In this document: piece after piece, positions 5,470 through 15,176 of the stretch
Numbering within the stretch: position 1 is the first letter of the stretch
How the letters are laid out: every line of letters begins with the position of its first letter
Assembly: GCF_000297435.1 (NCBI RefSeq)
Contig: NZ_CAIP01000190.1
Coordinates: 1-20,038 of the forward strand
Length of the DNA: 20,038 nt
Reading direction: 5' to 3'
Source: Microcystis sp. T1-4
GTDB lineage: Bacteria; Cyanobacteriota; Cyanobacteriia; Cyanobacteriales; Microcystaceae
Notes under the pieces: generated by a model
Database searches by the model: none
Told to the model about the DNA's origin: nothing
The model's input: the letters and a program-made list of their open reading frames with translations, nothing else
Translations under genes and position numbers: made by a program

Positions 5470-8439
5470 GTGGTTATCCAAATCGACTCAACTCAAAACT
5501 ACGAAACCAAAACCCAAGAGATCGCTAGACAACTTTTAGCCGAAACTCGGGAAAAAAAAGGTCTTTGGTCTGCTTTACAGGATCAAATGCGTTGGGATGA
5601 TAAATTACTCGATTGGGCAATGTCTAACCCCAATTTACGAGTACAATTATTCCGTTTTATTGACTGTTTACCCGCTTTACGCAGTAATGCCGAGATCGCT
5701 AATCATCTCCAACAATACCTCGGTGATGCTTCCGTAGAACTGCCCAGTGCGCTGAAAAGTATCCTCAACTTTAGTGATCCTAACTCCCTACCCGCTCAAA
5801 CGGCCGCCAGTCTGATCAGTAAATCCGTAGAAACCTTAGCTCGTAAGTATATCGCCGGGGAAGACCTAGAGCAAATTACTCGCACTGTCACCCGTCTGCG
5901 GAAGGAAAAAATGGCTTTTACCATAGATCTTCTCGGTGAAGCGGTAATTACTGAAGCGGAAACCCAAGTTTATCTACAAAGTTATCTGGATTTAATGACC
6001 CATTTGGCTCAAGAAGCGAGCAAATGGAATAAAGTTAGCCAAATTGATGAAGCGGACGGCGACTTATTACCACAAGTGCAGGTTTCTGTCAAGCTAACTG
6101 CCTTTTATTCTCAGTTTGATCCCATGGATCCCATTGGCAGTAAGGAGAAAGTTTGCGATCGCATTCGACTACTATTGCGACGCGCTCAGGAGTTAGGGGT
6201 AGCAGTCCATTTTGATATGGAACAGTACGTTTATAAAAACCTCACCCTGGCTATCCTGAAAGAATTACTCCTAGAAGAAGAATTTCGCAGTCGTACCGAT
6301 ATTGGCATCACCCTACAGGCATATTTAAGAGATTCTGCCCAAGATTTACAAGATTTAATTAATTGGGCCAAAAAGCGCGGTTATCCCCTTACTGTCCGGC
6401 TAGTCAAAGGCGCTTACTGGGATCAGGAAACAATTAAATCTCGCCAAAATCACTGGCCACAGCCGGTATATAACGAAAAATCCGCCACCGATGCCAATTA
6501 TGAGCGGATGACGCGGTTATTATTGGAAAATCATCAATATTTATACGCCGCCATCGGTAGTCATAACGTGCGATCGCAAGCATTGGCCTGTGCGATCGCA
6601 GAAAGTTTAGAAATTCCCCGTCGTCGCTTTGAAATGCAGGTATTGTACGGCATGGGCGACCAATTAGCCAAAGCGTTAGTGAACCGGGGTCATCGGGTGC
6701 GGGTTTATTCCCCCTACGGACAACTCTTACCCGGTATGGCCTACCTAATCCGCCGTTTATTAGAAAATACCGCTAATAGTTCCTTCCTAAGGCAAAATTT
6801 GGAGGATCGTCCCGTGGAAGATTTAATCGCAGCCCCCCGGGTTTTAGGCAAGGATAACCCGATTATCCCCGGTTTTCCTAATGCCCCCGATACAGATTAT
6901 GCTAACGAGCAATTACGAAATAAAGCGAGTCAAGCTCTTACTTTTGTCAAAAATTCCCTCGGTAAAACCTATTTACCCCTAATTAACGGCGAATACGTCG
7001 CCACCAATGTTCAAATTAATTCCGTTAATCCCTGTAACCCACAGGAAATAGTGGGTAAAGTGGGCTTAATTGATGTGGAACAGGCAGAAAAAGCGATCAT
7101 AGCGGCGAAACAGGCTTTTCCCGCGTGGAAACGCACTCCAGTGGCTAAAAGAGCCGAAATACTGCGAAAAGCGGCAGATTTGATGGAAGCGCGACGACAC
7201 GAGTTATCGGCCTGGATTTGTTTGGAAGTGGGCAAAGTTATCCAACAGGCGGATCCGGAAGTGTCAGAAGCGATCGATTTTTGCCGTTATTACGCCTCCG
7301 AGATGGAAAGACTGGATTTAGGGCATAATTTCGACGTAGCAGGCGAGAATAATCGTTATTTCTACCAACCACGGGGTATTGCTTTAGTGATTTCTCCCTG
7401 GAATTTCCCCCTAGCCATTGCGGTGGGGATGACAGTAGCAGCTTTAGTAGCCGGTAACTGTACGCTATTGAAACCTGCCGAGACTTCCTCGGTGATTACG
7501 GCGAAATTTGCCGAGATTCTCCTAGAAGCGGGTATTCCTGCCGGAGTCTTCCAATATATCCCGGGTAAAGGTTCGCAAGTGGGGGCGCATTTAGTTAGCC
7601 ATCCCGATGTTCACCTAATCGCCTTCACCGGTTCACGAGAAGTGGGCTGTCGCATCTATACAGATGCCTCCATCGTGCAAAAGGGTCAAAAACACCTAAA
7701 ACGAGTTATCGCCGAAATGGGCGGCAAAAATGCCCTAATTGTCGATGAGAGTGCCGATTTAGATCAGGCCGTTGTCGGTGCGGTTAAGTCCGCTTTTGGC
7801 TACACCGGCCAGAAATGTTCGGCCTGTTCGCGGATAATTGTTCTGGAAAGCGTCTATGATAGCTTTGTGGATCGCTTTGTCGAGGCTACCAAGTCCCTCA
7901 ATATCGGGCCGACGGATTTACCGAGTACGGAAGTAGGACCGGTTATCGACGAGAAAGCTCAAGCAAGAATTCGGGAATATATCGAAACTGGTAAAAAAGA
8001 GGCAGAATTGGCCCTAGAAATGCCGATTCCAGAAGTGGGTTACTTCGTCAGTCCCACCGTCTTTAAAAATGTTCCCCCTGATGCGGTAATAGCGATGGAG
8101 GAAATTTTTGGTCCGGTGGTGGCGATTATCAAAGTGAGCAATTTTGAGCAAGCTTTAGCTGTAGCTAACGGAACCGACTATGCTTTAACCGGTGGCTTAT
8201 ATTCTCGCACTCCTGCCCATATTAACCGAGCTACGCAGGAATTTGAAGTGGGAAACCTCTATATTAACCGGGGAATCACCGGTGCGATTGTCTCCCGTCA
8301 ACCCTTCGGGGGTTTCAAGATGTCGGGGGTAGGTTCCAAAGCAGGGGGTCCCGATTATCTCTTGCAATTCCTCGAACCTCGTCACATCAGCGAGAATATT
8401 CAACGTCAGGGATTTGCACCGATTGAAGGGGCCGATTAA
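5470..8439 (+). CDS. putA: bifunctional proline dehydrogenase / L-glutamate gamma-semialdehyde (P5C) dehydrogenase
   Basis: 989 aa. The N-terminal half is PRODH-like (...VRLVKGAYWDQE..., ...AYLIRRLLENTANSSF...). The C-terminal half is ALDH, with the catalytic Glu motif EMGGKN and the Cys motif GQKCSACSR. The length matches cyanobacterial PutA, which lacks a DNA-binding domain. It has a GTG start with no obvious SD, so the start is less certain than the frame. Confidence 0.9.
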   Translation: MVIQIDSTQNYETKTQEIARQLLAETREKKGLWSALQDQMRWDDKLLDWAMSNPNLRVQLFRFIDCLPALRSNAEIANHLQQYLGDASVELPSALKSILNFSDPNSLPAQTAASLISKSVETLARKYIAGEDLEQITRTVTRLRKEKMAFTIDLLGEAVITEAETQVYLQSYLDLMTHLAQEASKWNKVSQIDEADGDLLPQVQVSVKLTAFYSQFDPMDPIGSKEKVCDRIRLLLRRAQELGVAVHFDMEQYVYKNLTLAILKELLLEEEFRSRTDIGITLQAYLRDSAQDLQDLINWAKKRGYPLTVRLVKGAYWDQETIKSRQNHWPQPVYNEKSATDANYERMTRLLLENHQYLYAAIGSHNVRSQALACAIAESLEIPRRRFEMQVLYGMGDQLAKALVNRGHRVRVYSPYGQLLPGMAYLIRRLLENTANSSFLRQNLEDRPVEDLIAAPRVLGKDNPIIPGFPNAPDTDYANEQLRNKASQALTFVKNSLGKTYLPLINGEYVATNVQINSVNPCNPQEIVGKVGLIDVEQAEKAIIAAKQAFPAWKRTPVAKRAEILRKAADLMEARRHELSAWICLEVGKVIQQADPEVSEAIDFCRYYASEMERLDLGHNFDVAGENNRYFYQPRGIALVISPWNFPLAIAVGMTVAALVAGNCTLLKPAETSSVITAKFAEILLEAGIPAGVFQYIPGKGSQVGAHLVSHPDVHLIAFTGSREVGCRIYTDASIVQKGQKHLKRVIAEMGGKNALIVDESADLDQAVVGAVKSAFGYTGQKCSACSRIIVLESVYDSFVDRFVEATKSLNIGPTDLPSTEVGPVIDEKAQARIREYIETGKKEAELALEMPIPEVGYFVSPTVFKNVPPDAVIAMEEIFGPVVAIIKVSNFEQALAVANGTDYALTGGLYSRTPAHINRATQEFEVGNLYINRGITGAIVSRQPFGGFKMSGVGSKAGGPDYLLQFLEPRHISENIQRQGFAPIEGAD

Positions 8440-8464
8440 GCGATATAGCTAAAATTGGTTATTA

Positions 8465-8484
8465 TTGGGGGTTTATACCCCCAA
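8465..8484 (+). terminator. stem-loop downstream of putA (weak terminator candidate)
   Basis: TTGGGGGT (8465-8472) pairs with ACCCCCAA (8477-8484), with loop TTAT, 25 nt after the stop. There is no clear U-tract. Confidence 0.3.
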
Positions 8485-8610
8485 ATCTGGTTCATTTATT
8501 GGCTAAGACTCATCTTAACCCCCTATCCTTAGATTAGCTCTCTTATTCTTTGTGTGATCTCGCGTAGCGAGCGCGTTGCGACCAGTTTAAATTATATAGG
8601 AGCGATCGAT

Positions 8611-8655
8611 CTCTGTGTCCTTTGTGTCTCTGTGGTTCCTTCCACTCACTCACCA
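8611..8655. repeat. dispersed 45-bp repeat, copy A (partner at 14877-14921)
   Basis: CTCTGTGTCCTTTGTGTCTCTGTGGTTCCTTCCACTCACTCACCA matches the partner at 41 of 45 positions. It contains an internal CTTTGTGTC duplication and lies ~100 bp upstream of pgm. Confidence 0.8.
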
Positions 8656-8683
8656 AACCCAATAGAACCGTTGTCTTTCCTAG

Positions 8684-10390
<1,707 letters not shown>

Positions 10391-10401
10391 AATCTAGGGA
10401 T

Positions 10402-10452
10402 CAGCTATCAGTTTTTATCGGGGAATTTTTTGACCTGCTGACCACTGATAGC
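10402..10452. terminator. inverted repeat between convergent genes (candidate bidirectional terminator)
   Basis: AGCTATCAGT (10402-10411) is the exact reverse complement of ACTGATAGCT (10443-10452), with a 31-nt T-rich loop region. It sits between the pgm stop (10390) and the TerB-like stop (10459). Confidence 0.35.
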
Positions 10453-10458
10453 TCCTCT

Positions 10459-10869
10459 TTAATTACTTTCAGTAATTGCTTTGTGGTACAATTTTTGAAT
10501 TCCCGTCACTAATTTATCTAAAATAGATCGATGGCTATCGTGAGTCGGATCAAGACTCTGCACTTTGGTTAATAATTTCGCTTCCTGTATATCCACGTCG
10601 TCATCGCTATAGATTAAGGTGCTAATCGATGTTATTAGATCTTGATAGGTTTCTGGACTAGGATTATCGCCTAAATAGGACTCTAACCATCGATAACATT
10701 CACCAGTTTTAACTGGTTTTAGTTCGGATAATAGTGGTTTAATCTCCGGATCATCATCAAGTTTTTCCCTCACAGCTACCTGTCTTAAATAGCTTCTTTC
10801 TGATGGTTGAATTACACCATCAATCCAGGCAACACCGATGAGAATTTTCAGTAATTGTTTATTTTTCAT
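10459..10869 (-). CDS. TerB-like domain protein (tellurite-resistance TerB family fold), function unknown
   Basis: 136 aa. The N-terminal ...LLKILIGVAWIDGVIQPSERSYL... and the later acidic helical repeat ...LIYSDDDVDIQEAKLL... fit the two-repeat TerB-like pattern. The ATG lies 1 nt after the rsmB stop. Confidence 0.5.
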   Translation of the reverse strand: MKNKQLLKILIGVAWIDGVIQPSERSYLRQVAVREKLDDDPEIKPLLSELKPVKTGECYRWLESYLGDNPSPETYQDLITSISTLIYSDDDVDIQEAKLLTKVQSLDPTHDSHRSILDKLVTGIQKLYHKAITESN

Positions 10870-10870
10870 C

Positions 10871-12211
10871 TCACACTTCCTTGACTAACTTAGCCATAAA
10901 AAAACCGTCTTGATTATGCCGATGGGGTAACACTTCGATCGCTCCCGTTTCTGTATAGTATTCTGAGAAAGATGAATTAGAGTCAGGAGGGGCCATTTTC
11001 CAATCGGGATGAGCCGCTAAAAACTGCTCGATCACTCTTTCATTTTCTAACGGATCGAGAGTACAGGTGGCATAAACTAAGATTCCCTTCGGTTTTACCC
11101 AAGTAGCAGCCGAGGCTAAAAGTTCCCCCTGTCGTTTGGCTAGTACAGGTAAATTTTCGGGTGTTTGTCGCCAACGTATATCAGGACGCTTGTGCAGGGT
11201 TCCCAATCCTGAACAGGGAGCATCGATTAGTACACGATCAGCGATGCCGCACCACTGGGGACGATCGCGACTATCCCCTAGATGTATTTCGATCGCTTTT
11301 AAGTCTAATCTTTTAATATTGGCTTCTAACTGTCGTAAACGGGATGCCGTTTGATCACAGGCCAATATTCTACCCCGATCGCCCATTAATTCGGCAATAT
11401 GAGTGGTTTTTCCCCCCGGTGCCGCGCAAGCGTCGATAATTGTCTCTCCGGGCTGGGGATCGAGGAGATAAGTGACTAATTGGGCGCTAATATCCTGTAG
11501 GGTGTAATTTCCGGCTCGAAATCCCTCTAAACGCTCAATATTGCCTAAACCAGAGGTTAAACGGCAAGCTAGAGGTAATTTAAGATGATTAAAAGTTATA
11601 TTGGCTGATTCTAACTCATTTTCTAGGGCTTCTCGGCTAGTTTTCAGGGGATTAATCCGAATATCGAGGTCAGGAGAGCGATTAAACCATTGACACAGTT
11701 GTTCCGTTTCCGTAACACTAAAGCGATCTAACCACAATTGCACCAACCAATCGGGGAAACTGTGGAGAATACCCAATCTAGAAGCGGTATTTTCCGGCAA
11801 AATTAAAGGATCGTCGCCATTAGCAGTTAAACGGAGATATTGCCGCAGCATTCCGTTAACCACCGCCGCTAATTTGCCTAAATGACTGATTTTAGTTAAT
11901 TCTACCGCCGTATTCACCGCCGCCGATGGGGGAATCTGGGAGAGATAACGCAGTTGATAAAGACCAATATGGAGAATTCGCCGTAAATCCGGGGGTTGCT
12001 GGGCCGCGGTTTTTTTTCCCAGGCGATCGAGCAGCGCATCCAAAGTTCTTTGGCGGCGTATTATACCATAAACAATCTCCGTTGTCAAGGCTTTGTCAAG
12101 ACAATTTAAGGAACTAGCGGACAAATGGCGATCAAGAGCGCGATCGGGATAGGCGGAGGAGCGATCGATATCGCGTAAAATCAGCAAAGCCAGCTGACGA
12201 GCATTATTCAT
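10871..12211 (-). CDS. rsmB: 16S rRNA (cytosine967-C5)-methyltransferase, RsmB/Sun family
   Basis: 446 aa. It has a NusB-like N-terminal region, SAM motif I DACAAPGGKTTH, motif IV DAPCSGLGT and motif VI YATCTL. The ATG overlaps the upstream stop (ATGA at 12208-12211). Confidence 0.88.
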   Translation of the reverse strand: MNNARQLALLILRDIDRSSAYPDRALDRHLSASSLNCLDKALTTEIVYGIIRRQRTLDALLDRLGKKTAAQQPPDLRRILHIGLYQLRYLSQIPPSAAVNTAVELTKISHLGKLAAVVNGMLRQYLRLTANGDDPLILPENTASRLGILHSFPDWLVQLWLDRFSVTETEQLCQWFNRSPDLDIRINPLKTSREALENELESANITFNHLKLPLACRLTSGLGNIERLEGFRAGNYTLQDISAQLVTYLLDPQPGETIIDACAAPGGKTTHIAELMGDRGRILACDQTASRLRQLEANIKRLDLKAIEIHLGDSRDRPQWCGIADRVLIDAPCSGLGTLHKRPDIRWRQTPENLPVLAKRQGELLASAATWVKPKGILVYATCTLDPLENERVIEQFLAAHPDWKMAPPDSNSSFSEYYTETGAIEVLPHRHNQDGFFMAKLVKEV

Positions 12212-12765
12212 GCGGTTTCTAGACGATTGCGGAGGAATTGGCGTAATATAGTCAGCGCCGGAATCGGGATTTCGTGACCCATATTTAACTCGTGATATTC
12301 GACGTTAACCCCCAAACCAAGCAGTAAATCTCTGGCTTGACGAGCGGCAGCAATAGGAACGACGGGATCCTGCTTACCATGAACAATTAAGACATTTTGT
12401 GGGCCTTGGGGATGGGGTTCACCGTGCAGATAACCACTCAGGGAACCCAATCCCGCCAAGGGTAAGGATAAACCCACATCCAGCGTCATCGCTCCTCCTT
12501 GGGAAAAACCGGTCAAAAAAGTCCGCTCTAGGGGAATGCCGGTAGTTGCTTCTAGGGAAATAATCCAATCCTGCAACTGTTGACGACTAGCGACTAAACC
12601 TTGATAATCGGAGGTTTCTAACGCATACCAGGCGCGTCCCCCCGGCACTTGGGGATGATCAAAGGGAGCATTAGGAAACAAAAATTGACAATCAGCCAGA
12701 TCCAGCATCGATGCTAGGGGGGCCAGATCCATGGCATCCGCACCCCAACCGTGCAGCATGATCAC
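12208..12765 (-). CDS. alpha/beta hydrolase, phospholipase/carboxylesterase family (Abhydrolase_2)
   Basis: It has the nucleophile elbow GFSQGG, the acid VHGKQDPVVP and the His MGHEI. The ORF-track GTG start at 12765 cuts into the first strand (..YLVIMLHGWGAD). The frame stays open and family-like upstream to about 12822 (see finding), so the true start is probably further 5'. Confidence 0.8.
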   Translation of the reverse strand: MIMLHGWGADAMDLAPLASMLDLADCQFLFPNAPFDHPQVPGGRAWYALETSDYQGLVASRQQLQDWIISLEATTGIPLERTFLTGFSQGGAMTLDVGLSLPLAGLGSLSGYLHGEPHPQGPQNVLIVHGKQDPVVPIAAARQARDLLLGLGVNVEYHELNMGHEIPIPALTILRQFLRNRLETA

Positions 12766-13219
12766 TAGATAGCGAGCGGGATTTTCTGGGGAAGGGGGAA
12801 TGACAATCGGGTTAAAAGACAGGGTTTTTTCCTCGCAATTCTCTTTTTTCTCTATTCTATAGCGGTTTTCTCCGGGATGAGATGGCTGTTGGGGAGTCTT
12901 TTCAGTAACCAGTAATCAGTGAAAAGAAAACTCCGATTACTACCCCCTTCCTCTCTCGGAAAAGGTTTGGGGGTGAGGACAATTAACCAGAGCTGCCACT
13001 ACTTTGGAAAAATGGTCTTAGTCGTCGTCGAGTATAGTTGTTGTCAGCAACTACTAAAATTAATTAATATATCCGCCGCTCACCGTCAAGCGGAAACTAG
13101 ACAGAATGATCTGGCTATTATTACCCAAACCAGCCTTGAGCCAGTGAAAATTGGGGCTAATTGGCAATTTTTCGGCAAAAAAGTTATCTACACCTGTTAA
13201 CAGGCAATTTATCCCCCGA

Positions 13220-14755
13220 ATGAGCTACAATTATCGGTCAAACGTGGTTAATAGTGAGCAGATGCGTCGCATCGAAGGGGCGATTTTTGCCTCTGGTATG
13301 CCTGTGGCCGCTTTGATGGAAAAGGCAGCCCTGTTAACGGCACAACAGTTTAAAAAGTCCTATTCTTTGGCTAATTTCCCCAAAATCGGCGTTATAGTTG
13401 GCCCTGGTCACAATGGCGGCGATGCTCTCGTAATTGCTAGGGAATTACATCTCGCTGGTTATCAAGTATCTCTTTTTTGTCTGATCGCCAAACTCAAGGA
13501 TTTAACAGCACAACAGGCGAATTATGTCAAGCATTTAGGCTTAATTTTTCAGAAAACTTTAGAATCTTTGGAGGATTGTCAGTTAATTATCGATGGTCTT
13601 TTCGGTTTTGGTTTAGAAAGGACTTTATCGGGAGAGATTGCCGAATTAGTCGATAAAATTAATAGTTGGCAAAAACCGATAATTAGTATCGATATTGCTT
13701 CGGGAATTCACACCGACACCGGAGAGGTTTTAGGCACGGCAATTAAAGCCACTCATACCTTTTGTTTGGGACTCTGGAAGCGAGCTTTTTTCCAAGATTT
13801 GGCCTTACCCTATCTGGGTAAAGTGGAGTTAATTGATATAGGAATTAGTCCCCTTGACCTAGAAACAATTTTACAAGATTCACCGCCAATTCTGAGGGTT
13901 AATCCCGATCTAATTCGCCATTATTTACCCTTACCCCGTCCTCTCCTTACCCATAAATATCAGCAGGGACATTTATTAATTATCTGTGGTTCTCGTCGTT
14001 ATGCGGGGGGGGCAATTCTCGCCGGATTAGGAGCGCGAGGTAGTGGTGTGGGAATGCTTTCGATTGCCGTTCCTGCTGCCCTTAAATCTTTATTAATTAG
14101 TCATTTACCAGAAGCATTAATTATCGATTGTCCCGAAACTGCCACGGGAGCTATTGCCGAACTTCCCCTAGAATTAAATAATTATCATGTCCTCGCCTGT
14201 GGTCCTGGATTAACCACAGAAAATCCTGCTATTATCGAACAGGTTTTAGATAGTGATAAACCGATTATACTCGATGCCGATGCTTTAAATATTTTGGCTC
14301 AACTGGGTACAGAAAAATTATCATCTCGCCAAAATAAGACAATTTTAACGCCTCATTGGGGAGAATTTAAACGCTTATTTCCTAACTTATCAGGTTCTCA
14401 AGATAGGATTAATATCACTCAAGAAGCATCTCAACAAAGTGGTGCAATTGTCTTATTAAAAGGAGCCAGAACTATAATCGCCTCCCCGGAAGGTAAAATG
14501 TATATAATCCCCGAAAGTACCTCCGCTTTAGCGCGAGGTGGTAGTGGTGATGTCCTAACAGGATTAATCGGCGGATTCTTAACCCAAATGCAGGATAATC
14601 CCCCAGAAGCAACCGCATTAGCAGCTTATTTACACGCTCAAGCCGGCATTTTAGCGGCCAAAGAAAGGACAGAATTAGGAGTAGATGGAGTAACTTTAGC
14701 TAATTATTTATTTGCCGCCCTTAAAGATTCGATCCCCCCTGCCCCCCTTCGATAA
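13220..14755 (+). CDS. nnr: bifunctional NAD(P)H-hydrate repair enzyme (epimerase + ADP-dependent dehydratase)
   Basis: The YjeF-N signature is GPGHNGGDALV. The C-terminal carbohydrate-kinase-like part has GGSGDVLTG. I placed the start at the first ATG (MSYNYRSNVVNSEQMRRIE...); the ORF track starts at TTG 13151. The last ~8 codons and the stop lie in a G/C palindrome. Confidence 0.88.
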   Translation: MSYNYRSNVVNSEQMRRIEGAIFASGMPVAALMEKAALLTAQQFKKSYSLANFPKIGVIVGPGHNGGDALVIARELHLAGYQVSLFCLIAKLKDLTAQQANYVKHLGLIFQKTLESLEDCQLIIDGLFGFGLERTLSGEIAELVDKINSWQKPIISIDIASGIHTDTGEVLGTAIKATHTFCLGLWKRAFFQDLALPYLGKVELIDIGISPLDLETILQDSPPILRVNPDLIRHYLPLPRPLLTHKYQQGHLLIICGSRRYAGGAILAGLGARGSGVGMLSIAVPAALKSLLISHLPEALIIDCPETATGAIAELPLELNNYHVLACGPGLTTENPAIIEQVLDSDKPIILDADALNILAQLGTEKLSSRQNKTILTPHWGEFKRLFPNLSGSQDRINITQEASQQSGAIVLLKGARTIIASPEGKMYIIPESTSALARGGSGDVLTGLIGGFLTQMQDNPPEATALAAYLHAQAGILAAKERTELGVDGVTLANYLFAALKDSIPPAPLR

Positions 14756-14782
14756 GGGGGGTGGCCGATAGGCGGGGGGATC
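14731..14782. repeat. nested G/C-homopolymer palindrome spanning the nnr stop codon (possible terminator)
   Basis: The outer stem is GATCCCCCC (14731-14739) with GGGGGGATC (14774-14782). The inner stem is CCCCCCTT (14742-14749) with AAGGGGGG (14754-14761), with loop CGAT. The TAA stop is at 14753-14755. Confidence 0.7.
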
Positions 14783-14876
14783 AGAATTGATGATTTTTAC
14801 TGTATCTAACATTAAAATATCTTTCATAATACCCACCTAATAAACGCAATAAACGCAGAAATAAGTAGCGTTCTAT

Positions 14877-14921
14877 CTTTGTGTCCTTTGTGTCTCTGTG
14901 GTTCGTTCCATTCACTCGCCA
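14877..14921. repeat. dispersed 45-bp repeat, copy B (partner at 8611-8655)
   Basis: The sequence is CTTTGTGTCCTTTGTGTCTCTGTGGTTCGTTCCATTCACTCGCCA. It lies ~255 bp upstream of lysC. The surrounding ~105 bp is bracketed by the 13-bp direct repeat CATAATACCCACC (14825-14837 and 14943-14955). Confidence 0.8.
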
Positions 14922-15176
14922 GCAGGACTATATCTTAGAATACATAATACCCACCAAACCTAAGAGAGCCAAAATATTATTAATAGCATAAATGTACTGT
15001 ATTTAAACTGAGTAGGGGTATTTTAGTACAAATGCTCGGACTGCCTCCTTAAAGATTAATTCAGATAGTCGGCATTTGATAAAACATAAGGAATGTTAAC
15101 CAAAACCACTTATCGTTAAGGAATTTTGATAAGTTGGAGATTGAACAAAGATAGAAAGTCTCTAGCGCTGACAACT

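Noticed and set aside
12919-13200. 93-aa plus-strand ORF upstream of nnr
   Set aside because: It starts inside a repeat-like intergenic segment, overlaps the nnr leader, has no recognisable motif, and is Cys/Leu-rich in a way typical of random ORFs.
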